From the NCBI GenBank assembly GCA_937928215.1, contig CALFWL010000020.1:50518-114517 (forward strand): 64,000 nt of DNA, given 5' to 3'. The notes under the pieces are model-generated. The model ran no database searches, was not told the origin of the DNA, and worked only from the letters and a program-made list of their open reading frames with translations. Shown piece after piece: positions 27,928 through 37,839 of the stretch. Every line of letters begins with the position of its first letter. Position 1 is the stretch's first letter. Position numbers and translations under genes: made by a program. The stretch is from an uncultured Pirellulaceae bacterium (GTDB taxonomy: Bacteria > Planctomycetota > Planctomycetia > Pirellulales > Pirellulaceae).

Positions 27928-28818
27928 CTACAGGCGAATGACCGCCTGATCGGTGAGATGGTTGATCTCGATGCCGATCAACTCGTTCAGTGTCTCGCGG
28001 AAAGTCGGTCTCAGTTCAACGTTCTTCGCGAGCATCTGTTTCACCAAAGCGCTAAGCGCGGGAGGGCAGTCGGGCTGAAGAACGATCAAGTCTTCAGGAA
28101 CGTTGTCGGATCGATCTGCGATCAACTGATCGACCGACTGCGATTGAAAAGGTGGCCGCATCGTGAACAGGTGATAAATCATCGCACCTAACGAGTACAC
28201 ATCGCTGGACGGGTTGGCGACATAGTCGTCGTCGAAACACTCCGGAGCCATGTAGCGAACGTTCTGTAGTTGATCGTTTGGAAACCAGACTTTCTGGCCT
28301 TCTTGGTGACACTGTGACCAACCCAACAAGGTGACTCGTCCGGATTTCCCCAACAGAACATGGGATGGTTCGAGCCCTAGGTACACTCGCCCTTGATCGT
28401 GAGCGGCTCGTACGCCTTCGGCGATCTGGCGAATCGTCCACAGAATTCGATTGACCGACGTATGGCGTTCAACAGACAACATCCGATCAAGACTTCGTCC
28501 GTAGATCCAAGGCTGCACAAGAAAAAATGGTGGTCGGTCAAGCTCGGCATCCAGCAGGCGGATGACGTTCGGATGTTCCAGCTGTTCGGTTGCGATCGCC
28601 TCGCGGCCGAGCCGATCAATGGCAAACGCTTGTTGCTCCGCCGACAGATCTGGATTCACCAGCTTCAACACGTAATCGAATCGTTTTGCGTCAACGCTTA
28701 GCTTTGGCGCGGCTCGGAAAATGTTGTACCACCGGCCACTGGTGACAGGTGGTCCCAGACGCCAGTAAGATACGACGGACGAGGGGCGGAATTTCAGAGA
28801 TGGATGGGCAAGATGCAT
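27928..28818 (-). CDS. stand-alone Ser/Thr protein-kinase-fold protein, predicted pseudokinase
   Basis: Kinase-fold landmarks are YVLKLV (VAIK Lys retained), HPNVIRLLD, RYMAPE and SDVYSLGAMIYHLFTMRPPF. The catalytic loop reads YLGLEPSH where HRDxKPxN is expected (28360-28383), and GWS replaces DFG (28318-28326). Confidence 0.75.
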   Translation of the reverse strand: MHLAHPSLKFRPSSVVSYWRLGPPVTSGRWYNIFRAAPKLSVDAKRFDYVLKLVNPDLSAEQQAFAIDRLGREAIATEQLEHPNVIRLLDAELDRPPFFLVQPWIYGRSLDRMLSVERHTSVNRILWTIRQIAEGVRAAHDQGRVYLGLEPSHVLLGKSGRVTLLGWSQCHQEGQKVWFPNDQLQNVRYMAPECFDDDYVANPSSDVYSLGAMIYHLFTMRPPFQSQSVDQLIADRSDNVPEDLIVLQPDCPPALSALVKQMLAKNVELRPTFRETLNELIGIEINHLTDQAVIRL

Positions 28819-29156
28819 GAGTAGCAGTACGGATCGATGGAGCGTTCAGGAAAACCCGGTGATTGGCGGGTCCTTCCTTCCGGTGCCAGGTACTTTTCAG
28901 ATCGGTTCATCAGCCGACAAAAGTGGAATCGCGATTCCCGAATTCAGGTCGCACCGGAGCGGATGGTCAGGATGGAATATGACGCCGATTCGGATACCTC
29001 AGCCCGACTTTTCCTGCCGGGCTAGGATCAATTTGAATCAAGCTGGCAAAATTTCCTAAGTCCTGCCCCGTCCGTTTTTCAGCCCATTCGCGCTGTCGGT
29101 CCAGTAAGACCGGTGATCCTGCATCTCGGTCGCGCCCCGAATGGCAACGCCGTGAA

Positions 29157-30575
29157 TCACTCGAACTGCGACTTGTCACGGAGAATGTGATGATAGTGCT
29201 GGGCAAAACGATGAGCTTCGTCTCGTACGTATTGCAACAAACGCAGTGAAAACGCGTGGCGGCTAAGGACGATCGGTTCGGACTGTCCCGGCCGATAGAT
29301 CTCTTCATTCTGCTTGGCCAACGAAATCAAAGTGGGCGGTTCAATCCCCAGCGTTTCGAAGGCCGCCACTGCGCTGCTTAGTTGCCCTTTGCCTCCGTCG
29401 ATCAGCAGAATGTCGGGAAACGCATGCTGTTCGTCGTGCAGACGCTGAAACCGGCGAGCGACGACTTCGTGAATGCTCTTGAAGTCGTCGATTCCTTTGA
29501 CATTTTTGATTTTGTATCGCCGATAGCCGGGCTTGAAAGGCAGACCGTCGATAAACTGGACCAAACTGGCGACCGTCTGCCCGCCGCCCAGATGAGCGAT
29601 GTCCACGCCTTCGATTGAGCGAGGTGTTTCGGCCAGCTTCAGCACCTGTTTCAGTCCGGTCAGGCCTTTTTTCGGGTCGACGTAGAACACTTCCGGCTGC
29701 GCGTGTGTGTCCAGTTCGCCGCGACGGTCAAGCGATTCCAACATCGAGATTTCATCACGCAGTTTGGCTGCTTCTTCGAACTTCAGTTCCTTCGACGCCG
29801 TTTTCATGTCCTCGTGCATCTGCTTGAGCAACCGTTTCTTGTTCCCGGCCAGAAACGTGTGCAACCGTTTGATATCTTTGCGATAATCTTCTTTGGAAAC
29901 TCGCAGATTACACGGGGCGGTACACTGTTTGATGCTGGCCAGCAGGCACGGTCGGAACCATCGCCAACGTTCGTCGTTTTCTTCGATATCCAGGCTGCAC
30001 GTGCGGAACTTGAAAATCCGCTGCAAGACCTGAATCGCGCCGCGCAGATCGCCGGCGCTGGCGAACGGGCCGTACAGCTTCACGCCGCTGGACATTGGCT
30101 CCCGAGTCACTTCGACGCGCGGGAAGTCCTCGTGGGTGGTGATCTGCAAGTACGGAAACGTCTTGTCGTCTTTCAGGATCTTGTTGTTAACGGGCTGGAT
30201 GTCTTTGATCAGCCGTGATTCGACCAGCAACGCGTCAACTTCGCTTTCGCACTCGATATAATCCGCGTCAGCGATGTTGCGAACCCAGTCGGCCGTTCGA
30301 CTGTCCATGGCAGCAGCTTTCAGAAAATAGCTGCCTGCTCGAGAACGCAAATTGGTCGCTTTTCCGACGTAAATCACGACTCCGGCTTCGTCCTTCATCA
30401 GGTAGACGCCGGGCGACTGAGGAAATTTGCGAACCTTGTCGGCAGTGACTTTGAACGCCGCTCGCTGGTCACCGATGTCAGTCACATCCACGTTTGAATC
30501 GGATTCCGCTTGGAGAGGATCGATTGGGGGAGGATCGATCGATGCACCTTTGGAAATTTTTTCGTCCTTGCTCAT
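29157..30575 (-). CDS. uvrC: excinuclease ABC subunit C (UvrC), short form lacking the C-terminal (HhH)2 domain
   Basis: GIY-YIG (PQSPGVYLMKDEAGVVIYVGKATNLRSRAGSYF). UVR domain (MKTASKELKFEEAAKLRDEISMLE). RNase H-like endonuclease domain (IEGVDIAHLGGGQTVASLVQF...ILLIDGGKGQL...RDEAHRFA). I placed the start at ATG 30575 (MSKDEK). The ORF track extends to 30686. Confidence 0.9.
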   Translation of the reverse strand: MSKDEKISKGASIDPPPIDPLQAESDSNVDVTDIGDQRAAFKVTADKVRKFPQSPGVYLMKDEAGVVIYVGKATNLRSRAGSYFLKAAAMDSRTADWVRNIADADYIECESEVDALLVESRLIKDIQPVNNKILKDDKTFPYLQITTHEDFPRVEVTREPMSSGVKLYGPFASAGDLRGAIQVLQRIFKFRTCSLDIEENDERWRWFRPCLLASIKQCTAPCNLRVSKEDYRKDIKRLHTFLAGNKKRLLKQMHEDMKTASKELKFEEAAKLRDEISMLESLDRRGELDTHAQPEVFYVDPKKGLTGLKQVLKLAETPRSIEGVDIAHLGGGQTVASLVQFIDGLPFKPGYRRYKIKNVKGIDDFKSIHEVVARRFQRLHDEQHAFPDILLIDGGKGQLSSAVAAFETLGIEPPTLISLAKQNEEIYRPGQSEPIVLSRHAFSLRLLQYVRDEAHRFAQHYHHILRDKSQFE

Positions 30576-31068
30576 GGTCACGATTATACCGGCATGAGCG
30601 TCTGAGCGATAACGTGACGGTGACCGTGGAGGTCGCAAGTGAATCCATTCGGCAACCCGAGGAGCGCAGGTCGAATTGAAGTTCAAATTGGTACGTCGGC
30701 AGCGGGACGGGAGATTGCAGTTCGGCTTGTTGGAGGCCGTTACCGAGATGGATTTCGTGGATTGAAAAACGAATCAAACGTCAAGGTTCTCGGCCGCTCT
30801 TTTTTGGCAGGACGAAAACCGTGGCGTAAGTCCCGTTTGCTCGCCGGTGTTTCATGACGAGCGATTTTGCCGGTTTTACCGGGATATATTTCGTTTGAAG
30901 ATTTTTTTGAAAACGCGGATTGAAACCCTTCACTGGAATCGGACACCGGCCAAGTCTGGAGCAAAGTGCAGAATGCACCCCAGTTGCCAAAGGACTCACG
31001 ATGCCCCTTGACACTTTTTGAAAGATCAGACATCTTGTTGCCTCGCTTGGGAAACATCTCAAGCGGCA

Positions 31069-31138
<70 letters not shown>

Positions 31139-31141
<3 letters not shown>

Positions 31142-31495
31142 CTGCAAAACTAGCCTCGTGTTCATGGGATCGCTCTTTGAATGCGAGGTTTTTTTGTGCA
31201 ACTCTGGGAACTGCCGAATCGGAACGGGCATGACGTAGTCGCAAGCCGGTCGAATGGTCGCGTCTGTGCATCGTGAAAGGTAGAACTGACGCGGCTCCTC
31301 CCGGCACAGGCAAAGCCCCAAAAATCGGTCGCCGCCAAGAAACCGAACGGGACTGACGACCCGAATGGATTCATTCCCTTTGGAATCGCGATAGCAGAAC
31401 TCAACGACCCAATCGTCAGACATCGTGATGGCTTGAGAGATAACGTTTCGCATGGAAGTTGCTCGGTAATCCTGAAATGACCCTGCCTGAGCCAC
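31139..31495 (-). CDS. hypothetical small protein, weak WYL-like pattern
   Basis: 118-aa ORF. RVVSPVRFLGGDRFLGLCLCREEPRQFYLSRC loosely resembles the WYL-domain pattern (R.v.P..l....w.L.a.c....R.F.l.R). The 3' end overlaps the tRNA and its terminator on the other strand, so its extent and reality are uncertain. Alternative starts are 31453 and 31423. Confidence 0.35.
31154..31195 (+). terminator. rho-independent terminator downstream of tRNA-Lys
   Basis: Stem 31154-31164 (CCTCGTGTTCA) pairs with 31078-style partner 31178-31188 (TGAATGCGAGG). That is 11 bp including 2 G-U pairs, with a 13-nt loop, followed directly by T7 (31189-31195). Confidence 0.55.
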
Positions 31496-31635
31496 TAGCC
31501 GCTACCTTAGAGGGTGTCTTGAAGCACGTCTCAAAGCAGCACGTCTCGTAGAACGACTGTGACTCTTGCTCCCATCATTGGCGACACCACGGACACATCT
31601 GGTCCGTCGCCCAGGAAAAATTTCAGGATTAGATC

Positions 31636-33039
31636 TCAGGAACCTGAGCCGCCTTGCGAGTCTGGATCGGCCAGAGTGAACCGGATTTGCTCGGTGTGGT
31701 CGTTGCTGACCTTTTCAACTTTCGCAGTAACACCGTCAAAATCGATTAGGTCACCCTGCCGAGGCAATCGGCCGGACTTGCTCATCAAGACCCCAGCAGC
31801 CGTATCGAAATCGTTTTCATGCAACTCGATTCCTAGTTCACGCTCCACTTCGGATACCGGTGTCGAACCAGAAACCAGATACTCGTTATCCGAAATTTGT
31901 TGCACATTTGGTTTCTCAACCGTATCGAATTCGTCATCGACCGGGCCGATAATTTTTTCCAAAACGTTCTCCAACGTCACGATACCGATGATTGTCCCGT
32001 ATTCGTCGACCACGAACGTCAGCAATTGGTGATGAGTCTGAATGCGTTGCAGCACACGGCTGATCAACATGTTCTCTGGGACTTTGACAGGAGTCCGCAT
32101 GATTTTTCGAAGGTCGAATGATTCATCGTTTGGGTCCACACCCAACAGATCTTTCATGTGAACCACGCCCAACAAAGTATCCAACGATGAATCGCACAGT
32201 GGGTATCGAGTGTGCTTGGTTTCGATGGCGTATTTCAGTAGCTCAGGAAATGGGCGGTTGATATCCAGAAATTCAACGTCACCTCGAGGCACCATTACCA
32301 ACCGACAGATCAGATCGTCAAATTCAAAGACGGCGTTGAGCAAGCGATGTTCGGAACCCGTCAAGTGACCGTGAATATGAGCCTCACGCACAAGGGCTCG
32401 AATTTCTTCTTCGTTATGCGGTGAGTCGTGTCCGCCATCGTTCGACAGGCCCAACCATCCCAGAATGATCGACGTTACCCAGTTCAGCACGATCAGAAAC
32501 GGGTACAGCAGATAGTAAAAAAACAGCATCGGAGCGGCACACCACAGAATCATCTGTTTGGGACGCCGGATCGCGAAAATTTTTGGGGCCTGCTCGCCGA
32601 CGACCAAGTGCAACGCAGTGATGCAACTGAAAGCAACAATGAAAGAGAAGGTGTGCAGTAGCTGTTCGGAGTGAATACCCAGCCTGTGGAATAGTGGCTC
32701 AACCAAGGTCGCAAACGCGGGCTCACCAACCCACCCCAGAGCCAGCGAAGCCATCGTGATCCCCAACTGGCACGCCGAAAGCGATTGGTCCAACCGCTGA
32801 GCCAACCAGTAGGCCGTTTTGGCAAACGGCTTGTTTTGCTCGACCATTTTCTTGACTTGGCCGAGTCGAACTTTTACGAGTGCGAATTCGGCCGCCACGA
32901 AAAAACCGTTCAGAATGACCAACCCTAACGCCAACAGCAACATCAGCGAGGTCGACCAGTTCCCCGCTTCCGCGACTTCGGTCGGATCTGCAAGTCCCGG
33001 CAATGAAAACACCCGCATTAGAGTGCTATTCCAATCCAT
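31636..33039 (-). CDS. CNNM/HlyC-CorC family transporter (DUF21 TM domain + CBS pair + CorC_HlyC domain)
   Basis: N-terminal LVILNGFFVAAEFALVKVR (DUF21 signature) with 4 hydrophobic spans. CBS pair region (LICRLVMVPRGDVEFLD ... LLTFVVDEYGTIIGIVTLENVLEKIIG). C-terminal transporter-associated domain (YLVSGSTPVSEVERELGIEL...DTAAGVLM...GRLPRQGDLIDFDGV...V). Confidence 0.9.
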   Translation of the reverse strand: MDWNSTLMRVFSLPGLADPTEVAEAGNWSTSLMLLLALGLVILNGFFVAAEFALVKVRLGQVKKMVEQNKPFAKTAYWLAQRLDQSLSACQLGITMASLALGWVGEPAFATLVEPLFHRLGIHSEQLLHTFSFIVAFSCITALHLVVGEQAPKIFAIRRPKQMILWCAAPMLFFYYLLYPFLIVLNWVTSIILGWLGLSNDGGHDSPHNEEEIRALVREAHIHGHLTGSEHRLLNAVFEFDDLICRLVMVPRGDVEFLDINRPFPELLKYAIETKHTRYPLCDSSLDTLLGVVHMKDLLGVDPNDESFDLRKIMRTPVKVPENMLISRVLQRIQTHHQLLTFVVDEYGTIIGIVTLENVLEKIIGPVDDEFDTVEKPNVQQISDNEYLVSGSTPVSEVERELGIELHENDFDTAAGVLMSKSGRLPRQGDLIDFDGVTAKVEKVSNDHTEQIRFTLADPDSQGGSGS

Positions 33040-33148
33040 CGTTTATCTGTTCGCTTTCTTGAGCATCAGTTCCCGAGCAATTCAACACGCTTCCATGAAT
33101 CATCCTAGGATTCAAACAATCCCAATCACGACACGCGTCGACTGAATC

Positions 33149-33898
33149 TTACACGTTATCAGCGTCTTCCGCTTCCTCGCCTGCGTGCATTTCCGCCAGC
33201 TTTTTCTGCCGAGCGGCGATCGCAGCCTCGCGATCTCGAGCGATTTCGATTTCAGTTGGTCCGTTGATGATTTTATCGGTTGGGATCGCTGTTTCAACTT
33301 CTGCAATCATTTGGTCGACCACCGCACGATCGTACTTCAGGTCATCAAGCACAAACGATTTCTCGCTGCCGTTATCCAGATAGTGGATCGTCGCCAACCC
33401 TTTCTTCACCCACTTCTTCTTGTCGATCATCTGGATGTCGGAAAAGTCCACACTCTGGCCGTTACTGGATGACAGGCGAGTCCCATCGATCTCCAGCCAT
33501 GTCCCGCGATTTCTAAAAAACCAGATGATGCAGGGAACCGCAATCAATGCACACACCGCGCCTAAACCAATACTGAATTGGATGTTGTGTTTCAGTTTTT
33601 CGGCCGTGTAATGAGGCGGTTTCGTGTCCCAACCGTTCGACTCCGCGATCTGTTTCCATTCTGACTCGCGGACTTCGGCCCAGTTGACGGCTTCGTCGGT
33701 TGCCGCAGCCTTTCGTTCATCAATGTCCACCAACAAACTGTCATAGGCGATAGAAGCGGGCTGCTGGGCCGGATACTTTAGAAAAGCGTCGTAAAAGCAG
33801 TACAAGCCAAACACGAGCGTGGCAATTCCGATCAGCAAATACTTGTATAGAAATTTCTTGTCCGTGTTCGCACGAGCTTTCATGATAGGATTGGCCAA
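33149..33898 (-). CDS. hypothetical membrane protein (two predicted TM helices)
   Basis: 249-aa ORF with hydrophobic spans YLLIGIATLVFGLYCFYDAF and FSIGLGAVCALIAVPCIIWFF. I recognised no family. Confidence 0.5.
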   Translation of the reverse strand: MANPIMKARANTDKKFLYKYLLIGIATLVFGLYCFYDAFLKYPAQQPASIAYDSLLVDIDERKAAATDEAVNWAEVRESEWKQIAESNGWDTKPPHYTAEKLKHNIQFSIGLGAVCALIAVPCIIWFFRNRGTWLEIDGTRLSSSNGQSVDFSDIQMIDKKKWVKKGLATIHYLDNGSEKSFVLDDLKYDRAVVDQMIAEVETAIPTDKIINGPTEIEIARDREAAIAARQKKLAEMHAGEEAEDADNV

Positions 33899-34323
33899 CT
33901 GGAAGATTTTTGAGGGAACGGGGCAGTGTCGGTAACGGTCTTGTTTTCAGGACATCTCATCAAATGCGATCAAACGAATGGACCGTTCATTCCAGCCGAT
34001 CCACGTCGACTGGATTGCGCCCCTTCATCTTAGCATGAATTGGACTCAGGCCGAGATATCACATTGCGGACGACACCATACATGAACCGCTGACCTCATC
34101 AAGTTATCCCAGCTTTGCCGTCCGCCACGCCGCGACAATGGTGGCAAAGCGGCTAAACTTCTGGTAAACTGGTTTCGAGCGGACGGCTGTAGCTGTTTTG
34201 CAACTTTTTGCGGTCGAACCGTCCACTGGGCGGCAGATTCCGTTATCATGTTAGTAGCGGCAAACTGGCGGCTCGAAACGCCCCGATTGCTTTCCATGTT
34301 CGAAGTTCCTTGCGGGAAAAGAT

Positions 34324-34887
34324 ATGTCTGTTGTTGATATCACACGGGAAGACTGGGTCCAGGAAACCGAGCGTCTTTGCCCGAGTGCACTGGCCTATAA
34401 TGCGTATGTCGAACTTGAAGAAATGATCGTTGCCGATACGGATCTGGCGGTGACGTACAAGCGGGTGCCGCGAGGAAAATCATCTTACGCAACCTTTCAG
34501 GCCAACGCAGGCAATCAACTGCACGTCATTCAGGTGTACAAGGGCCAATGTCAATTGCACATGCGAGTCAACCCAAAGTTGACGGGCGTATCGGAAGAAG
34601 AGCGTGAAATTCTGCTTGCCGCCTATGAGGACTTCCGCGCGACGCTTGATGGCAAGGAAGGCAAAGGCTGGGAAACCGTCAAGGTCATTCGCAAAGGCGA
34701 GGAAAAAGTACACGACGCAATCCGAAAGCTGGCGAGTGAATTGACCAGCGTGATTGACGGTACCGCTAAACCGGCAGCGAAAGCCAAAAGTGCTCCCGTT
34801 GAAGATGCAACTGCGGAAGATGAAGTCGTTGAAGACGCAATTGCAGAAGATGAAGTTGCGGCCGAGGAAGCGACCACCGAGGCATAG
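34324..34887 (+). CDS. hypothetical protein with acidic repetitive C-terminus
   Basis: 187-aa ORF with an ATG start and coding-like composition. The C-terminal tail is EDATAEDEVVEDAIAEDEVAAEEATTEA. I recognised no family. Confidence 0.5.
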   Translation: MSVVDITREDWVQETERLCPSALAYNAYVELEEMIVADTDLAVTYKRVPRGKSSYATFQANAGNQLHVIQVYKGQCQLHMRVNPKLTGVSEEEREILLAAYEDFRATLDGKEGKGWETVKVIRKGEEKVHDAIRKLASELTSVIDGTAKPAAKAKSAPVEDATAEDEVVEDAIAEDEVAAEEATTEA

Positions 34888-35207
34888 CATCGACGGTCAA
34901 TTAGGCCCGGCAGTGGCGTCAGGCTGCCGCAGGAACAACCGCAGAGGACGAGTGCTGGCCCTTGCTGACTTATTGCCCCCCTCCGGTCGGACCGAGTATC
35001 CAATAGGATCCAATCAGGCCGTCATCAATCATTCGGATTCAGGTTTACTAATTCAAATTGCCGATGCGATCGATGACGGAAGTTGGGTGGGTAACTTCTT
35101 TGACGTAACGTCACGGTGCTCCGTTTCCAATCGCGGCGTGTCGCTGATTGCCGCTCGCCTGCTTGCTTTATTTCAATCCCCCACGTTCTTCATCAAGAAT
35201 CTCATCG

Positions 35208-35756
35208 ATGCTGATCGACGCCATTTCCATCGGACATGATCCTCCCGACGATGTGAACGTCGTCATCGAAGTCCCGGTCGGCGGGCAGCCAATCAAGTAC
35301 GAAATGGACAAGAAGTCCGGTACGCTGTTTGTGGATCGGTTTCTCTATACGGCGATGGTTTACCCAGGCAACTACGGCTTCATTCCGCATACCTTGTCGC
35401 AGGATGGCGACCCGATCGATGTGTTGGTGTGCAATACCCGAGCCATTGTGCCGGGAGCCGTCATCGCGTGTCGACCTGTTGGCGTCCTGATCATGGAGGA
35501 CGATGCCGGACATGACGAGAAAATCATCGCGGTGCCTTCCAGTCGCACGACGCAACGCTACGAGAAGATTCTCAACTATTCAGATCTGCCCGATATCTCT
35601 GTGCATCAGATCGAGCATTTCTTTCAACACTACAAGGATCTGGAACCCAATAAATGGGTGAAAATCACTCGTGTTGCCGAAGCAGACACTGCCAAAAGGT
35701 TGATCTTGGAAGCAATTGATCGATACAGGCAGACCGGAACAACCGATAACGCCTGA
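35208..35756 (+). CDS. ppa: inorganic pyrophosphatase (family I)
   Basis: [59 protein letters not shown] and [10 protein letters not shown] match family I PPase active-site motifs. I placed the start at ATG 35208. The ORF track starts 60 nt earlier. Confidence 0.95.
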   Translation: MLIDAISIGHDPPDDVNVVIEVPVGGQPIKYEMDKKSGTLFVDRFLYTAMVYPGNYGFIPHTLSQDGDPIDVLVCNTRAIVPGAVIACRPVGVLIMEDDAGHDEKIIAVPSSRTTQRYEKILNYSDLPDISVHQIEHFFQHYKDLEPNKWVKITRVAEADTAKRLILEAIDRYRQTGTTDNA

Positions 35757-35982
35757 TCATTCCGACGATTCGGCACTTCTCCGCGCACCGAGCCCATTTT
35801 TATTGCTTGGATATGCGCATCTGCGTTCAGGCGTTCTATATTTTTCCAGTTGCCTGTTCGATGTCACTCCTCTGGAACGGCTTGAGTGACGCACGACAGG
35901 GTGCATCCGTCCTTACCCGCCTGACTTCTTCGTCCGCTGAAATCAACGTCCTTGCACGATTGCCAATAGCAAGCGTCCATTC

Positions 35983-36999
35983 ATGATCAACTTCGACACA
36001 TCTTCGATGTTATTCGTGTCCGTCTGGTCACTTGCCGCCGTCGCCGTTGGATTGACGTGTGGTTACTTCATCGGGCGTTGGTACACGATGCACGCAGAAC
36101 CCAAACGACTTCGTCGTGACCGTGAAAAAACACTTGCCGCGATGGTCAAGCTGCTCAAAAGCACCAAAGAACTCAACGACGACGTTGATTGTCACAACTC
36201 TGCACTCAACACCGCACGTGAGGAACTGGGTGGCATTCAAACGGAAGGAGACTATGCCAATCTCCAGACGATGCTGATTTCTAACATCGAACACGTGGTC
36301 GAATCCAACCGCAGGCTCGAACACGATCTGGTGGTTTCGCAGTACAAACTCGAAGCACAAGCGCAAGAACTTGATCGCAGCCGTGACGAAGCGCGAACGG
36401 ACGCTCTGTGCAAAGTGGGGAATCGCAAAGCGGTTGACGAAACGTTGACCTACATGGTGTCACGCTTCCAGAGCAAGAACGTATCGTTCGGCCTGATGTT
36501 GATCGACGTGGATCACTTCAAACGCATCAACGACACCTTTGGCCACACTGCGGGCGACGAAGCTTTGTCCAGTATCGCCATTGCACTCAAAGAGTGCGTG
36601 CGTCCAACGGACTTCGTCGGGCGACTTGGAGGCGACGAATTTGTGATCATGTTTGATGGTTTAACCGCCGAAAATGCCCGCGCGGTCGGCGTGCGTATTC
36701 GTGCCGCTATCGAACTGTACGACTTCAGCATCAACGCTAAAGGATTGTCAACGGTGGCAACCCTTAGCATGGGTCTTGCCATCGTACGTCCAACCGATAC
36801 CACGGAAACCATTTATAAACGCTCTGACGCCGCCCTGTATCGAGCCAAAGAATTGGGGCGGAACCGCCTGTTCACCGTGATCGACAACGACGACTTGAGC
36901 AGTGACGGAAATCCTTCGTCTGCGCCCGCTCCGACGGTCGAGCCCGCTCCCGGATTTTCCAGCTACGAAAGCTTCAAGGCTTCTTTTGAGGAAGCGTGA
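35983..36999 (+). CDS. GGDEF diguanylate cyclase with N-terminal TM anchor and coiled coil
   Basis: TM span MLFVSVWSLAAVAVGLTCGYFIG and a coiled coil. GGDEF domain: LMLIDVDHFKRINDTFGHTAGDEAL with active site LGGDEF. An RxxD I-site (RPTD) sits 5 residues upstream of GGDEF. Confidence 0.9.
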   Translation: MINFDTSSMLFVSVWSLAAVAVGLTCGYFIGRWYTMHAEPKRLRRDREKTLAAMVKLLKSTKELNDDVDCHNSALNTAREELGGIQTEGDYANLQTMLISNIEHVVESNRRLEHDLVVSQYKLEAQAQELDRSRDEARTDALCKVGNRKAVDETLTYMVSRFQSKNVSFGLMLIDVDHFKRINDTFGHTAGDEALSSIAIALKECVRPTDFVGRLGGDEFVIMFDGLTAENARAVGVRIRAAIELYDFSINAKGLSTVATLSMGLAIVRPTDTTETIYKRSDAALYRAKELGRNRLFTVIDNDDLSSDGNPSSAPAPTVEPAPGFSSYESFKASFEEA

Positions 37000-37032
37000 C
37001 GAACCACTATCTTCTCTCTTCTTGAGCCATTG

Positions 37033-37839
37033 ATGATTCAAATTCGCGAGTTCTGCAAATGTTATGGCAACGAGAAAGCCGTGGATCATCTTTCGGTGGA
37101 AGTGCTCCCCGGTCAGGTGCTGGGATTGATCGGTCGTAATGGTGCGGGAAAAACGACGACCCTGCGAACACTGACCGGGATCATTCCGGCAACCAGCGGA
37201 AGCGTGTCCATCGCTGGCTACGAAGTGAATAAAAACCCGATCGAAGCGAAACAGCGGACCGCATACGTTCCCGATGATCCGCAGTTGTTCAACGACTTGA
37301 CGGTGGAGCAACATTTGCAATTCACCGCCAGCGTGTACGAAGTCACGGACTTCAGCGACAAAATGAACGGGCTGTTGGATCGATTCGAATTGACCGAAAA
37401 ACGCCATTCGCCCGCCTCAGGGCTTTCTCGCGGCATGAGGCAGAAGCTGGCGATCTGCTGTGCTTACCTGCACGACCCGGACGCGTTGCTGCTGGACGAG
37501 CCCATGACGGGACTCGATCCTCCCGGCATTCGAAATCTCAAGCAGTCGATTAAAGAACGTGCCCGTCAAGGCACCGCCGTGATTATCAGTTCGCACCTGT
37601 TAGCCATGGTGGAGGATATTTGCACGCATGTTCTGATCATCGACCGCGGACAGATGAAGTTTTATGGTTCGCTGGCGGAGATCAAGGCTCAACTTTCAAA
37701 CCAAGAACGGCCCACCGAGCCCTCATCCCTTGAGGACGTGTTCTTCGCGGCGATTGATTGCGCGTCCGAAGTAGGGCAGGTCGTTTCCGTTTCGAATGCG
37801 TCTGCAACATCGACGACCGAAGTCGCGACGCCATCATGA
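37033..37839 (+). CDS. ABC transporter ATP-binding protein
   Basis: Walker A GRNGAGKTTTL, signature LSRGMRQKL, Walker B ALLLDEPMTGLD and H-loop SSHLL. Start is ATG 37033. The stop overlaps the next gene's start (ATGA at 37836-37839). Confidence 0.9.
   Translation: MIQIREFCKCYGNEKAVDHLSVEVLPGQVLGLIGRNGAGKTTTLRTLTGIIPATSGSVSIAGYEVNKNPIEAKQRTAYVPDDPQLFNDLTVEQHLQFTASVYEVTDFSDKMNGLLDRFELTEKRHSPASGLSRGMRQKLAICCAYLHDPDALLLDEPMTGLDPPGIRNLKQSIKERARQGTAVIISSHLLAMVEDICTHVLIIDRGQMKFYGSLAEIKAQLSNQERPTEPSSLEDVFFAAIDCASEVGQVVSVSNASATSTTEVATPS

Noticed and set aside
28925-28938. Perfect 14-bp palindrome GGAATCGCGATTCC, 107 nt upstream of the pseudokinase gene.
   Set aside because: Several perfect 14-bp palindromes are expected by chance in 64 kb (about 64000/4^7). 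I saw no second copy, so support for an operator is insufficient.
36748-37407. Long antisense ORFs opposite well-supported genes: 36748-37407, 40820-41527, 43497-44165, 48412-49074, 49105-49839, 56781-57365 and 58014-58685.
   Set aside because: Each overlaps a gene with unambiguous catalytic or family motifs on the other strand, and none shows recognisable motifs of its own. This is typical of moderately GC-rich genomes.
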